Assembly: GCA_003598025.1 (NCBI GenBank)
Contig: QZKH01000003.1
Coordinates: 375,221-439,220 of the forward strand
Direction of reading: 5' to 3'
Length of the DNA stretch: 64,000 bases
Origin: Candidatus Omnitrophota bacterium
GTDB taxonomy: Bacteria > Omnitrophota > Gorgyraeia > Gygaellales > Profunditerraquicolaceae
The first letter of the stretch is position 1. Every line of letters begins with the position of its first letter. The notes beneath the pieces are model-generated. The model was not told the origin of the DNA and did not search any database. It worked only from the letters and a program-made list of their open reading frames with translations. The position numbers and the translations under genes were made by a program. Below, one piece after another: positions 10,815-21,233 of this stretch.

Positions 10815-11178
10815 TTTTGTCTTCCTTATAAATAAGAACCTCTTTAATCTTTATGTCTGAAGGCAGCTGCTCCTGCAGCCTTTCCTTGAAATCTGATGCG
10901 GAAACCATTTTTTCCAAAATTATTGTCGCTTCCTGGTCAATACCCTTTAATCCCAGCTTCAATGCCTGCTTTATGCTGAATTTAGGATGCGGGTTGAATC
11001 CTTTTGTAATTAAAAGAGGGAATTCAGAACGCCTGAATGCCCTCATAAATAATCTCATTAAGTCCAGATGAGATATATATACCATCTGGCCTATCTTATC
11101 AAATTTAAAGTTTACGCTATACATGCAAAATAAAGGGACACTCCTAATATTTAGAGTGCCCCCATTTTCCCGTATCAA
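10807..11178 (-). CDS. DUF2344 (TIGR03936-like) radical-SAM-associated protein fragment. The real start is probably the internal MYSV.
   Basis: FISHLDLMRLFMRAFRRS...GFNPHPK matches the N-terminal DUF2344 signature. The ORF is about half the usual length and there is no radical-SAM partner nearby. Confidence 0.5.
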   Translation of the reverse strand: MIRENGGTLNIRSVPLFCMYSVNFKFDKIGQMVYISHLDLMRLFMRAFRRSEFPLLITKGFNPHPKFSIKQALKLGLKGIDQEATIILEKMVSASDFKERLQEQLPSDIKIKEVLIYKEDKNA

Positions 11179-11194
11179 TAAGAACTCTCTAGGG

Positions 11195-12940
11195 CTATCT
11201 CTTCTTATTTTTCTTCTTGTTTTCCGGATCCGGATATCCTATGCCCTCAGGAGTAAGCCCAACCCGCTCCTCATATTTAGAAATATTCTCTACTGAGAAA
11301 TCTATATCCCGTATAACTCTGACAGTAATAAAGATCAATAAATCTATTTTTTGAGTATCAATTGTTTCTCTTTTAAACAATAAACCCAAAAGCGGGATCT
11401 TATTCAAGAACGGAACACTCAAGATCTGTTTCTTCTTAACATCTTTAAGCAGGCCTCCGATTACAATCGTCTCTCCATCCCTCATTAAGATACGCGTCTC
11501 AGCTTCTCTGGTATCGATTATCGGATAGGCGTTTGTACCAAGCGTGCTCGTATAATCAGTAACAGCAGGATGTATAACCATATTGATATCATCATTAGCT
11601 CCTACTTGAGGCACCACGTTAAGCTGAATACCAATATCCTGATAATAATCCAAAGTAACCTGTGTAGTCGCTGTTTCGGTGCCGGATATTTCAGTCTTGA
11701 GTATAGGATACCTGGTTCCTACAAGAATACTGGCCTCCTGATTATTAAGCGTTACTATGCTCGGGGACGATAACACATTGCTTCCGCTAGTTTCTTCCAC
11801 GGCATGTAAGATAGCCTCAAATTCATAACCGGTCAGTTTTTTAAAAATCAACTCCAGGCCGGCCTTGTAAGGATATGTACCGGGAAAAGTAGTTGTTCCT
11901 TCCGTCGGGCCAAAGACTGTAGGCGTAAATTCGGAAGCCAAATTTCTTCCGGCGACTGTCCGCGTATTACCTTTGTTGACGCCGATATCTTCAGGGGCCG
12001 TTGCATAACTTGAAGCTCCCGCGCTTCCTGTACCTAAATCAAGACCGATATCTTTAAGCTTATCCCGGTTTATCTCCACAACTTTTGTCTGGATTAAGAC
12101 CTGCTTGGGTTTAATATCTATCTTATCAATTACCTCCTTTAACTTATCCATAATCGGAGGTATATCGCTGACTATAAGTATTTTGGAACGGCTAAGTTTA
12201 TCTTCTGACGCCCTCTTTCTTTTTCCGAGTTCAGACCCTCCGAATTCCCAACCGGCCTGCCCTGTCATTTCCAAAACAGTGATCTTACCCCTTGATGATA
12301 ATTGTGGGTCAAGAGCCTTTTTTGCATCCTGCGCGTCAATATACTTTAAATTAAATACTTCAGTAACCGTCGGCTGAACCTGTGCCAACTCAACCTCTTG
12401 CTTCTTAAGCACAGTCAATTTTTCAATTGGCGCTACGGTTATAATATTAGCTTGTTTCTCGTAACCAAAACCATAGGTCCTTAAGATAACATCCAAAGCC
12501 TTTTCCCACGGTACATCAACCAACCTGATTGTGACATTACCTATAACCTCAGGAGTGGTAACAATATTTACTCCGGATTTATAAGAAATTATCTTGAGTA
12601 CATTACGGATATCAGCTTCTTTAAAATCTAATGTTACGTTCCTTGAAGCAGCTAAATCATCAATCACCGCTTCCTGTTTTTCTACAGGCTCAGTTTTTGC
12701 CTGTTCGGCAACCATGCCTTCATTTTCCATGGTTACTGCAGCAGGCGCTTCTTCAGTGCCGCTTATTGCAATCGGGGCTCTCGCATCCTGAACTAGCATC
12801 CCATGGGCTTCTTCCGGCAGCTGTTTTTTCTCTTGGTCCTGGCTAAATACACGGGTAGCGCCAAACGCTAATATTGAAGCAATTATCAGCGCTAAGATAA
12901 AATTGCGCTTATACATAGTAAAGACCCGGATAAATTTCAT
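11195..12940 (-). CDS. pilQ: Type IV pilus secretin
   Basis: Signal peptide, AMIN/secretin-N repeats (NVTLDFKEADIRNVLKII..) and a C-terminal secretin domain. It follows pilMNOP. Confidence 0.8.
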   Translation of the reverse strand: MKFIRVFTMYKRNFILALIIASILAFGATRVFSQDQEKKQLPEEAHGMLVQDARAPIAISGTEEAPAAVTMENEGMVAEQAKTEPVEKQEAVIDDLAASRNVTLDFKEADIRNVLKIISYKSGVNIVTTPEVIGNVTIRLVDVPWEKALDVILRTYGFGYEKQANIITVAPIEKLTVLKKQEVELAQVQPTVTEVFNLKYIDAQDAKKALDPQLSSRGKITVLEMTGQAGWEFGGSELGKRKRASEDKLSRSKILIVSDIPPIMDKLKEVIDKIDIKPKQVLIQTKVVEINRDKLKDIGLDLGTGSAGASSYATAPEDIGVNKGNTRTVAGRNLASEFTPTVFGPTEGTTTFPGTYPYKAGLELIFKKLTGYEFEAILHAVEETSGSNVLSSPSIVTLNNQEASILVGTRYPILKTEISGTETATTQVTLDYYQDIGIQLNVVPQVGANDDINMVIHPAVTDYTSTLGTNAYPIIDTREAETRILMRDGETIVIGGLLKDVKKKQILSVPFLNKIPLLGLLFKRETIDTQKIDLLIFITVRVIRDIDFSVENISKYEERVGLTPEGIGYPDPENKKKNKKR

Positions 12941-13311
12941 TCTTCCTCCTTCTTTAGTTTAACAACAAAGAGCTGACCCTCTCTTACGAACCTGACTTCA
13001 TCTTTTTCTATTTTAAGCACCTGATAATCTCCGACATAATCTCCGACATTCACAACATCCTGGTTTACTATAGCATAAGAAACGCCGTTCTCATCAAAGA
13101 TTATCCCCTCTAAAGCCAAGGCTTCATTTCCTTCCTCAACGTCGAGCTTAAGCAGCCTTCCGTCGGGAGTGACCAATGCAATAAAAGGATTGCGCTTACT
13201 ATGGCTATCATAAACAAAATCGGCCTGCGCTGCCGACAACTTCAGGCCTATAAATAAAACTGAAATAATTAATGTAATAAAAAAAGTTTTATTTTTTAAC
13301 ATATGCTTCAA
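12937..13311 (-). CDS. pilP: PilP-like pilus assembly lipoprotein
   Basis: Position between pilO and pilQ. Signal peptide and an RNPF motif (PilP has RDPF). Confidence 0.5.
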   Translation of the reverse strand: MKHMLKNKTFFITLIISVLFIGLKLSAAQADFVYDSHSKRNPFIALVTPDGRLLKLDVEEGNEALALEGIIFDENGVSYAIVNQDVVNVGDYVGDYQVLKIEKDEVRFVREGQLFVVKLKKEEE

Positions 13312-13831
13312 TCAGAAAATAAGCCTTTTGCTGGAAATTATCCCCAGGGACATTATTCATCCTGAATTCTTTTACAGCAATAAGTTCTTTAGAATTCTCC
13401 AAATCATTGATAAATGCCCCTATTCTATGGTAATCACCCAATAAATCAAGAGAGATCAGCGTAAGCCCCTGTGCCTGTTTTGCCTTACCTTCTTTGATCG
13501 GCTTCATCTGCATGATCCTCACGTTACGTTCGTTTGCTTTGTTAAATATAGTCTGTAATAATGCCGGTACTTGCTCCTCTTTTATGATCAACCTGGATGC
13601 TAACGCATTATCTTTGACCAAAGAAGCGTTCTTTAATAATTCCAGATCTTTATTTATCTGTGATATCTCTTCTCTTAATTTTGAAACTTTAGTGTCCGCA
13701 GCTTTAAGAGAGCGCAATTGTGCCGGGAATAAAAGTGCTATATCCAGATACAATATAGTACAAGCAACTATCAAAATCAGCACAAGCTTTTTGCTATCCA
13801 GCTCAATCTTTTCGATAATGTCGATATTCAT
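13289..13831 (-). CDS. pilO: PilO-like pilus assembly protein
   Basis: Single N-terminal TM helix followed by a coiled coil. Position in the pilMNOPQ order. Confidence 0.55.
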   Translation of the reverse strand: MNIDIIEKIELDSKKLVLILIVACTILYLDIALLFPAQLRSLKAADTKVSKLREEISQINKDLELLKNASLVKDNALASRLIIKEEQVPALLQTIFNKANERNVRIMQMKPIKEGKAKQAQGLTLISLDLLGDYHRIGAFINDLENSKELIAVKEFRMNNVPGDNFQQKAYFLIEAYVKK

Positions 13832-13834
13832 CTC

Positions 13835-14404
13835 TTATTTATGCTCCCCGCTTAAGGTAAACTCGACGATCTCATAACCTGCCAGCATCTTTCTTTGGGC
13901 TGAAACCAGCTCGATCTTGGTGAAATTCTTATAAAAATCATGGTCCTTCCTGAGTTTTTCTATGAATTCATTTATAAGGTTCATCTCTGCTTTCTCTAAA
14001 GAGACTACCGAACCTTTAATAGTAAAGTCCTTGTCTGCTGAACTTACCTCTGTAAACCATACCCCTGAAGGCAAATCCATGCTAAGCCTGTTTATCTTCT
14101 GAGACCAATTTATCCTCTTCCTTAATATATCTTCTATCTGTTTAGTATCCTGGCTAAACAGCTGCTTATCCTGCCTGAATTTCTCCAGAGTTGTCTTATT
14201 TGGCTCAAGCTTGGCTAATTCAGACCTGCGCCTGTTTAAATCAATTCCCTTAACCAAGCCTAATAATACTAAAAATAAATGGGCAATTATCAATACGGAA
14301 AAAACCAGAGGTATAATATAAAGTAGTTTCTTATTTTTAGCACTCTGCTCAGTCTTCTTTATTTTAGTCTTTAGCTCTTCTGGAAGAAGGTTTATCTCAA
14401 TCAT
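13835..14404 (-). CDS. pilN: PilN-like pilus assembly protein
   Basis: N-terminal INLLP motif, one TM helix, then a coiled coil. Confidence 0.65.
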   Translation of the reverse strand: MIEINLLPEELKTKIKKTEQSAKNKKLLYIIPLVFSVLIIAHLFLVLLGLVKGIDLNRRRSELAKLEPNKTTLEKFRQDKQLFSQDTKQIEDILRKRINWSQKINRLSMDLPSGVWFTEVSSADKDFTIKGSVVSLEKAEMNLINEFIEKLRKDHDFYKNFTKIELVSAQRKMLAGYEIVEFTLSGEHK

Positions 14405-14407
14405 ATT

Positions 14408-15436
14408 TTAAGTACGTAGAGCCAGCCCGATCGCTACAGCCAGCTGGCCGGAATATTGTTTCAGCTTATCTGAATCTACCGTATCAGCGATAGTTATATT
14501 CCTAAGCACATCCCAATGTTCTACCTGTATACCCATAAGATTTGTCAGGCTTTCCCTTAAGCCGGCAAACATACTGCTCCCCCCGGTTAAATAAATCCTG
14601 CTTACAGAGGAGGCATTCTGGCTTTCATAATAATCAAAAGATGTCCTTAAATCCCTGGCTAAATTAGACAATACGTTATCAATACAAGAAATAACGCTTG
14701 AGGTTTGCTTCTCAGGGCTTACTTTTATCTTCTCGGCCTCTTTAAATTCTAAACCCTGAATATCCGATATCTTTTTCGTAAAATGATTTCCTGCAATATG
14801 GATATCCCTGCTTAACCTAGGAAATCCGCTATCAAGTATGTTTAAATTACTTTCGGTTGCTCCGATATTAAGTAAAGCCACTGCTTTATCTTTAATAGAC
14901 TCGTCATCGCTATAATTGTGGTTGAAAGTATTAATCAAAGCAATGGAATCTATATCAACGGCACCGAGCCTGACGCCCAGGTTATCGCAGAGCTTAATCC
15001 TTGACTCTATGGCATCTTTTTTTGCAGCGGCCAACAGAACCAGCATCTTGTTATCCGGTAAATCATCTTTTAAAATAAAACCATCGACATTCACTTCAGA
15101 CAAAGGGAAGGGGATGTGTTTTTGTGCCTCGAATTTAAGAGCCTGCTTAAACTCATCGTTGCTCATCTTCGGGAAGTCTGTATACCTGGTAATAGTCTGT
15201 AACCCTGACAGGGAGAGATTCAATTTCTTGATGCCGAATGACTGGAAGTGCCTCTTAAGCAATCCCTCAAGATCAAGGCCTACGGGCTCAACCGCGAAAC
15301 CTTCTATATTGACACTATCCTTTAAAACGCTGAGTTTAACCAGCTTGATAAAGTGGGAACCTAAATCTAGTCCAAATGATAGCCGCGGCTTGAAAGGGAT
15401 CTTTGGTTTAACTTTCGGGAAAGGGACAATCTTCAT
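14408..15436 (-). CDS. pilM: PilM, actin-like ATPase-fold pilus assembly protein
   Basis: FGLDLGSHFIKLV actin/FtsA-like phosphate-1 motif. 342 aa. First gene of pilMNOPQ. Confidence 0.75.
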   Translation of the reverse strand: MKIVPFPKVKPKIPFKPRLSFGLDLGSHFIKLVKLSVLKDSVNIEGFAVEPVGLDLEGLLKRHFQSFGIKKLNLSLSGLQTITRYTDFPKMSNDEFKQALKFEAQKHIPFPLSEVNVDGFILKDDLPDNKMLVLLAAAKKDAIESRIKLCDNLGVRLGAVDIDSIALINTFNHNYSDDESIKDKAVALLNIGATESNLNILDSGFPRLSRDIHIAGNHFTKKISDIQGLEFKEAEKIKVSPEKQTSSVISCIDNVLSNLARDLRTSFDYYESQNASSVSRIYLTGGSSMFAGLRESLTNLMGIQVEHWDVLRNITIADTVDSDKLKQYSGQLAVAIGLALRT

Positions 15437-15478
15437 AGTTATTATTATATCAAAAAAATAAATATTAAATATTAAATT

Positions 15479-16363
15479 TTATAATTCTTGCCAAGAAACG
15501 ACTTCCGGGTGCAAGAACTGTAAACTTGATAAAGCATCCGTTATAGCCGCAATATCATAATTAAGTGTGACGTTTCCAGTCATAGTCGTATCTTCTACTA
15601 TTTCTGTATCGCTCTCAGCAAGTACTGTCCCGTTTATAACCGGATTGCCGGAAAGGCGGAGTTCTCCTATTACATAAATTATTCCGCTGAACGTACCCCC
15701 TGTTATTTGCGCATCACCGGCTACGACCAATATACCGCTGCCTGACCAAGTATCGCTTGCTATGCGGAATTCATTCCCGGGGCTTACGTCTACCCAGGTT
15801 ATCCCATCAACCGGTGTAATATCAACCGCCGGGTCTGAATAATAATTCGTAGCAAAAGACCTTATATCCTCTTTGCTATAACCAAATAAATCAGGAAAAT
15901 CAAGCACGGAATATTCTTTTTTGCTATCGCTAGGGTTAATATCAACACTGCCTCTGATCACAAGATGCACAGTAGTCTCAATAGCATACTGGAATTTTGA
16001 AGGGTCAATAGCGTTTGTCTTTGCAACAGCCCTTAATCTCCTGCTGATTACTTCGTCTTGGCCTGCCAGCCTTGGGAGCGTTACAGTGCCGGTAGAATCA
16101 ATCTGGTAATATAACCCGGTTAAGTTAGAGACATTAACATCATAACAATTATTCGTTTCTATGCATCCTGCTGTGCCTAAAGGCAAATGGTACAGGCCTT
16201 CAGCAATTCCTGCCTCAGCAAGCCAGAAAGCCTTCACGGAATTAACATATCTTCTTGAGAGGTTATTTTCATTCATGGTAGTCAAGAAAAACGAGCCGAG
16301 CATAACCATAAAAACAAAAATTATAAGTAAACCAAATACTAAAGCAGCTCCCTTTTTATCCAT
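15479..16363 (-). CDS. PilX-N-domain-like pilus-associated protein
   Basis: N-terminal hydrophobic helix followed by NLSRRYVNSVKAFWLAEAGI (PilX_N-like). It sits in the pilin cluster. Confidence 0.45.
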   Translation of the reverse strand: MDKKGAALVFGLLIIFVFMVMLGSFFLTTMNENNLSRRYVNSVKAFWLAEAGIAEGLYHLPLGTAGCIETNNCYDVNVSNLTGLYYQIDSTGTVTLPRLAGQDEVISRRLRAVAKTNAIDPSKFQYAIETTVHLVIRGSVDINPSDSKKEYSVLDFPDLFGYSKEDIRSFATNYYSDPAVDITPVDGITWVDVSPGNEFRIASDTWSGSGILVVAGDAQITGGTFSGIIYVIGELRLSGNPVINGTVLAESDTEIVEDTTMTGNVTLNYDIAAITDALSSLQFLHPEVVSWQEL

Positions 16364-16931
16364 TTCTTAACCTTATCTCCGTAGTTAATGTTACCTGTGG
16401 ATTGATATTACCTATTGCATTTTCTCTTACTGTTACCGTCACCGTCAATTTATTATTAATAAGCTCTGTAATATCAAAGGGCGGAACCATAATATTATCA
16501 AATTCCCAGCTCTTAACGCTCAACCCATCGATCTGGCGCCTTGTCAATGTATTATTGATAGGATTGTAAATATACTCTATAAACTCACTGCTCCATAAGA
16601 GGTTCGAACCGTCATGCCCGATACATTGCTTAAATTTTATATGCCCGTTCGTAGGCAGGTTATTAATGATCTGATAACTGCTGGTTTGCCGGACATCTTT
16701 TACAATCCAGCCCATAATGTTGCGCGCATTTTGCTCAACAGAAAGCTTAGCTATATTAACCCGGTCTGATAGATGCACGGCATTAAGCACGAAAATGAGC
16801 ATACCTGCGATTACAATGAATATCGCGCTTGTTATTAAAACCTCAATTAAAGTAAAGGCTTTAATTTTACCTGGGTATACGGGTAACAATTTCAATATTT
16901 CTCTGCCTCTGCCTTTCAGTCCAGCTGACAT
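16356..16931 (-). CDS. Minor pilin, prepilin-type N-terminal domain, non-canonical leader
   Basis: KAFTLIEVLITSAIFIV has the class III signal helix with E at +5 but Ala at -1. It overlaps the neighbouring pilin gene by 65 nt, so the true start is uncertain. Confidence 0.45.
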   Translation of the reverse strand: MSAGLKGRGREILKLLPVYPGKIKAFTLIEVLITSAIFIVIAGMLIFVLNAVHLSDRVNIAKLSVEQNARNIMGWIVKDVRQTSSYQIINNLPTNGHIKFKQCIGHDGSNLLWSSEFIEYIYNPINNTLTRRQIDGLSVKSWEFDNIMVPPFDITELINNKLTVTVTVRENAIGNINPQVTLTTEIRLRNG

Positions 16932-17244
16932 TAACTCTTATTTGAGCTATCTTTGAGCCTATGCTTCTGTTTATTGTAACAGCCTCATCTTGCAAATTTG
17001 TTAAAGAAGGCGGCACATATGTAGCGATATTATTATAGGCCAGGGATTTCATCTGCTCTAAGACCATCTGGGCATCATTAGTGGCGGTGATTAAATTGGC
17101 ATTTGATTCGTTAAGTAATATACAAACAACGTAAGAATACAATAACCCCGAGATAACGATAACCAGTATGACTATAGTTGTCATCAGCTCAAGAAGTGTA
17201 AATCCCTTGCCTTTCTTAAAACAGCTTTTAGCTAACTTAGGCAT
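16867..17244 (-). CDS. Minor pilin (prepilin-type cleavage/methylation domain)
   Basis: KGKGFTLLELMTTIVILVIV is a canonical G/FTLxE prepilin motif. Confidence 0.6.
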   Translation of the reverse strand: MPKLAKSCFKKGKGFTLLELMTTIVILVIVISGLLYSYVVCILLNESNANLITATNDAQMVLEQMKSLAYNNIATYVPPSLTNLQDEAVTINRSIGSKIAQIRVNVSWTERQRQRNIEIVTRIPR

Positions 17245-17259
17245 ATGAATAGTTAAAAG

Positions 17260-17694
17260 TTATTTAACAATTTCATCATCAGGGCCTGCTGGTCCGCTGG
17301 AATTAGATCTGATTATCCCGCTCTCATCAAGATAAAAATATTTGCCTTTTAACAACCCCGTAGAAGTAGGGTTTGCATTGACGGTAAAATGGTCGTTATC
17401 CACCAAAGAATAATTAAATTGGTAACTCTGTTTTCTCCCTGAGGCAATCGTATTATCCAGGTACGGCGGATTAGCTGCAGGCTCTGCCATATCAGTCATA
17501 CTGGAGGGATATGCTTCTTCGTTAACATGGTAGAGCTGACAGGCATTATTGATCGCCTTAAGGTTGCCTAATGCCGCGCTTTCGTTGGCTACTACCCTTG
17601 ACCGCAATATATTCGGCACAGCCAAAGTTATCAATCCGGCAACCAAACCTACTACAATCATTATTTCAACCAACGTAAAGCCTCTTTTGCCCAT
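17260..17694 (-). CDS. Type IV pilin paralog
   Basis: MGKRGFTLVEIMIVVGLVAGLITLAVPNILRSR is a canonical pilin N-terminus. Confidence 0.7.
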   Translation of the reverse strand: MGKRGFTLVEIMIVVGLVAGLITLAVPNILRSRVVANESAALGNLKAINNACQLYHVNEEAYPSSMTDMAEPAANPPYLDNTIASGRKQSYQFNYSLVDNDHFTVNANPTSTGLLKGKYFYLDESGIIRSNSSGPAGPDDEIVK

Positions 17695-17701
17695 ATGAGG
17701 A

Positions 17702-18124
17702 CTACTCCTTTTTATAGCAGTTCTCCGTTTTAATCACTCCGCCGGTAGAAACTGAATACACGGTGTTGCCGCTTACTCTGCAGATAATCGGGCGGGCGTT
17801 ACAGCTGTAGCCTGACTCATCAAGGCGGTTGCAGTTAAAATTATAGCCTCTTAAAAATGATTGCCCGGTATAATCTTTATCAAGATAATACGGCTCAGCA
17901 TCAACAAGCTTATTTATATTATCCGGGAATAAGCTTTTATGGTCTTTGGCATATTTTTCTATTGCCGCAGAAACAAGCTTAAGCGTGCTCAACGCGTTGG
18001 ACTCATTCTGCTTTATGCTGAATTTTATCAGATGCTCCAGCCCAAACCTGAGGGAAACCGAAGCCACAGCAATTACTATCATTATTGTGATGAAACTTTT
18101 TGCGTTACAAGAGGTTAAATTCAT
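17702..18124 (-). CDS. Pilin-like protein with a degenerate N-terminus. No G/F and no E at +5.
   Basis: The C-terminal half resembles the neighbouring pilins (Cys pairs, SGYSCNA as against GYSCTA). The N-terminus is SFITIMIVIAV. Confidence 0.35.
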   Translation of the reverse strand: MNLTSCNAKSFITIMIVIAVASVSLRFGLEHLIKFSIKQNESNALSTLKLVSAAIEKYAKDHKSLFPDNINKLVDAEPYYLDKDYTGQSFLRGYNFNCNRLDESGYSCNARPIICRVSGNTVYSVSTGGVIKTENCYKKE

Positions 18125-18177
18125 ATTTGTTTTGATTTTAGCATAAAATCAGGCTTACGCAAGCAAAATTATTTTAC

Positions 18178-18215
18178 AAAAAAATAAGGGGCTTCTATCT
18201 TTCGATAAAAGCCCC
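18178..18215 (-). terminator. Rho-independent terminator directly after pilA
   Basis: The stem GGGGCTTTTATC-gaaa-GATAGAAGCCCC is followed by TTATTTTTTT on the minus strand. Confidence 0.55.
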
Positions 18216-18240
18216 CACACACTAAAAAACTAACAGCCAG

Positions 18241-18648
18241 TTACACGCAAGCAGCTGATGTTAATACACCGCCTGTTGTAATAGTGTAAGTTTGCGTACC
18301 GGTCGTACCGCAGGTTACTGGCGTAGCTGTGCAGCTATATCCGGCTACTCCCATGGTTCCGCATGCGAAATTATACCCCTGACGTGCTGCTGCGGTATAA
18401 TTTTCATTTAAATAAGGAGGAGTTGCTGTTGTTAAATCGGTGAATGCTGCTGGATAATTACCATTATTTGCCGCTGCAAAGCTCTCACAAGCAGTAGAAA
18501 TAGTCCTTAGGGTTGCCTGTGCATTTGTCTGGTTTGCATTGACTCTTGCACGTAATAAGTTGGGAATTGCTATGGCAGCCAGCAATGCTATGATAGCAAC
18601 AACAATCATGATTTCGACTAATGTAAAACCTCTCTTCTTCATGGCCAA
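18241..18648 (-). CDS. pilA: Major type IV pilin
   Basis: MAMKKRGFTLVEIMIVVAIIALLAAIAIPNLLRARV. Ala/Thr/Gly-rich C-terminus with Cys pairs. Strong SD AGAGGAGG. A strong promoter and terminator flank it. Confidence 0.8.
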   Translation of the reverse strand: MAMKKRGFTLVEIMIVVAIIALLAAIAIPNLLRARVNANQTNAQATLRTISTACESFAAANNGNYPAAFTDLTTATPPYLNENYTAAARQGYNFACGTMGVAGYSCTATPVTCGTTGTQTYTITTGGVLTSAACV

Positions 18649-18712
18649 TGACCTCCTCTCTAAGGTTAAATTAGCTCTGACTCTCTGTCCTCGCTCTTAC
18701 GATCATCTTATA

Positions 18713-18741
18713 ATTATAACTTTTTAACGCGAGGTGTTCAA
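18713..18741 (-). promoter_or_regulatory. Sigma-70-type promoter for pilA (TTGAAC-17 bp-TATAAT)
   Basis: Reading the minus strand gives ttgaacacctcgcgttaaaaagt TATAAT. This leaves an approximately 65-nt leader before the SD and ATG. Confidence 0.45.
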
Positions 18742-18936
18742 AGAGCAAGCCGCCTTGGCTTATTTGTTCTTATATCACCTACCTTGCTTATTGTCAAGAA
18801 TAAAAAAACCTATCCACCATTTATGGCGAATAGGTTTGTTAAGCTATTAAAATATAATAATTTATTATAAAAACGTCTTACTTCCCTATCCTTATAAATG
18901 GCTCTATCGTAAGTATAACATAATTACCCGCCAAAT

Positions 18937-19875
18937 TCAATGCGCCCGGTTAGACCTGAACCAGGAGATAGTCTCGGTTAAGCCTTCGTCCAGCTTTATT
19001 TTAGGTTTCCAGCCCAATAATTTCTTAGCCTTACTTATATTTGGCTGGCGCTGGCGCGGATCATCCTGAGGAAGCGGTTTAAATATTATCTTTGATTTTG
19101 TTCCAGTAAAATCTATGACCTTTCTGGCAAGCTCAAGGATGGTAAACTCGTCAGGGTTCCCTAAATTTACAGGGTCATTATATTTTGAGAACATAAGTTT
19201 TATTATGCCGCTTACCAGGTCGCTTACATAACAGAAACTTCTGGTTTGGTTACCTGTGCCATAAACGGTAATTGGCTTACTATTTAATGCCTGATATATA
19301 AAATTAGGCACCACTCTTCCGTCATTCATCCTCATTCTCGGTCCATAGGTATTAAAAATCCTTACGATTTTGATATCAACCCTATGCACTCTGCGGTAAG
19401 CCATAGCAATAGCTTCCCCGAAACGTTTTGCTTCATCATAACATCCGCGCACCCCCACAGGATTGACATGCCCCCAGTAAGATTCAGGCTGAGGGTGGAC
19501 ATGCGGGTCGCCATAGACCTCAGATGTAGAAGCAAGGATAAATTTCGCTTTCTTGTCTTTTGCCAGGCCAAGGGCATTATGCGTGCCCAGAGAACCGACT
19601 TTCAATGTTTGTATAGGATATTTCAAATAGTCTTCGGGGGAAGCAGGCGAGGCAAAATGCATAACATAATCTAACTTACCGCTATAGTTAATGAATTTCG
19701 TAACATTATGCTCAATAAAGCTGAAATTCTTCTCTTTAAATAAGTGCCGGATATTTTCTTTTGACCCGGTTATAAAATTATCCATGCATATTACTTTATG
19801 CCCTTTTGCAATCAACGCATCACAGAGATGGGAACCGATAAAACCAGCTCCTCCAGTTATCAAGAATTTTTTCAT
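18937..19875 (-). CDS. uxs: UDP-glucuronate decarboxylase (UDP-xylose synthase), NAD-dependent epimerase/dehydratase family
   Basis: [12 protein letters not shown] Rossmann motif and overall similarity to UXS1/ArnA-decarboxylase-like proteins. 312 aa. Confidence 0.75.
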   Translation of the reverse strand: MKKFLITGGAGFIGSHLCDALIAKGHKVICMDNFITGSKENIRHLFKEKNFSFIEHNVTKFINYSGKLDYVMHFASPASPEDYLKYPIQTLKVGSLGTHNALGLAKDKKAKFILASTSEVYGDPHVHPQPESYWGHVNPVGVRGCYDEAKRFGEAIAMAYRRVHRVDIKIVRIFNTYGPRMRMNDGRVVPNFIYQALNSKPITVYGTGNQTRSFCYVSDLVSGIIKLMFSKYNDPVNLGNPDEFTILELARKVIDFTGTKSKIIFKPLPQDDPRQRQPNISKAKKLLGWKPKIKLDEGLTETISWFRSNRAH

Positions 19876-21233
19876 AGCTTATGCACCTTATCGTTATTTA
19901 TATTTTTATAAACATTGCGCGTATCAAAGATAATTTTGGAATTTTTCAGGATCAATTTATAATCCAGGCTGGAATGGTCAGTAGCAATAATCACGCAATC
20001 AAACTTAGCCAGCCCTTTGCCGGTGATAGCTGTCGACCTTAGATGTATATCCTTAAACTTCAAATAAGGGATCAACGGATCGCTATACGCTACCGATAAA
20101 CTCTGCTCCTGAAGAATATGGATAACGTCAAGAGCAGGAGACTTCCTTAAATCTTTGACATCCTTCTTGTAGGTAGCACCGACAACCAGGATTCTGGAAG
20201 AGGAAAGCTTCTTGCCTTTTGCCGACAACAGATCTTTAACCCTGGCCACGACATAAGCAGGCATAGAATTGATCATATCCGAAGAAAGCTTTATAAAACG
20301 AGACCTGAATCCGCTTTTCTTTGCCTTCCAATAAAGATAAAGCGGGTCTTTAGGTATACAATGCCCCCCTACTCCCGGCCCGGGATAAAAAGGCATAAAC
20401 CCAAAAGGCTTGGTCTTGGCAGCATCTATTATCTCCCAGATATCAACGCCCATCTTATGGGCCATCATCGCCATTTCATCTACCAGCCCGATATTGACTA
20501 TCCTAAAAGTGTTCTCCAATAACTTGACCATTTCTGCTATCCGGCTGGAAGAAACCCTTATTACCTTTTTTATTATAACCGAATAAACCGCCTCTCCCAT
20601 TAACGAGGCCTCGCTATTAATACCCCCTATCACCTTGGGTATTTTACTTAAGGGATACCGGACATTACCAGGGTCTATTCTCTCAGGAGAAAAACAAAGG
20701 AAGAAATCGCGTCCGTGTTGCAGGCTGCTGCCTTCAAGCATAGGCAAGATCACCTCTTCGGTTGTACCGGGATAAGTGGTACTTTCCAGGATTATCAAAG
20801 CCCGCTTCTTCAGGTTCTTAGAAATTGCTTTTATAGCATTACGTATATATGATATGTCCGGATGGTACTTCCGCTTTAACGGAGTAGGCACGCACACCAA
20901 CACCACATCTGCGCCCTTAAGATTCCTGAAATCATTGGAAGCAAAGAATCTTTTAGTATCGATTATCTTTCTAAGTTCGGCTGTAGATATATCTGTTATA
21001 TATGATTGCCTGCGGCCGATACTCTTGATTCTGTCCAAATCAAGGTCTATGCCATAGACAATAAAATTCTTTTTCACAAATTCAACTGCAAGGGGCAGAC
21101 CTACATAACCCAAGCCAACCACTCCGATCTTTATATCTTTTTTCTTGAGCCTTGCTTTAAAACCGTCTAAAAAACTATCCATCTTAACTCCTTTATTATC
21201 TTTTTGAAAAACGCCCTCTGCCCATACATACAT
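19872..21233 (-). CDS. Nucleotide-sugar dehydrogenase of the UDP-GlcNAc/ManNAc 6-dehydrogenase (TviB/WbpA) type. The likely true start is the internal MDSF near 21182.
   Basis: [18 protein letters not shown]-terminal NAD motif. 453 aa. Confidence 0.7.
   Translation of the reverse strand: MYVWAEGVFQKDNKGVKMDSFLDGFKARLKKKDIKIGVVGLGYVGLPLAVEFVKKNFIVYGIDLDLDRIKSIGRRQSYITDISTAELRKIIDTKRFFASNDFRNLKGADVVLVCVPTPLKRKYHPDISYIRNAIKAISKNLKKRALIILESTTYPGTTEEVILPMLEGSSLQHGRDFFLCFSPERIDPGNVRYPLSKIPKVIGGINSEASLMGEAVYSVIIKKVIRVSSSRIAEMVKLLENTFRIVNIGLVDEMAMMAHKMGVDIWEIIDAAKTKPFGFMPFYPGPGVGGHCIPKDPLYLYWKAKKSGFRSRFIKLSSDMINSMPAYVVARVKDLLSAKGKKLSSSRILVVGATYKKDVKDLRKSPALDVIHILQEQSLSVAYSDPLIPYLKFKDIHLRSTAITGKGLAKFDCVIIATDHSSLDYKLILKNSKIIFDTRNVYKNINNDKVHKL

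Noticed and set aside
18649-18800. Looked for a sigma-54 (GG-N10-GC) promoter upstream of pilA, as in many pilin genes
   Set aside because: No TGGCAC-N5-TTGC-like spacing is found. A near-consensus sigma-70 TTGAAC-17-TATAAT promoter is present instead.
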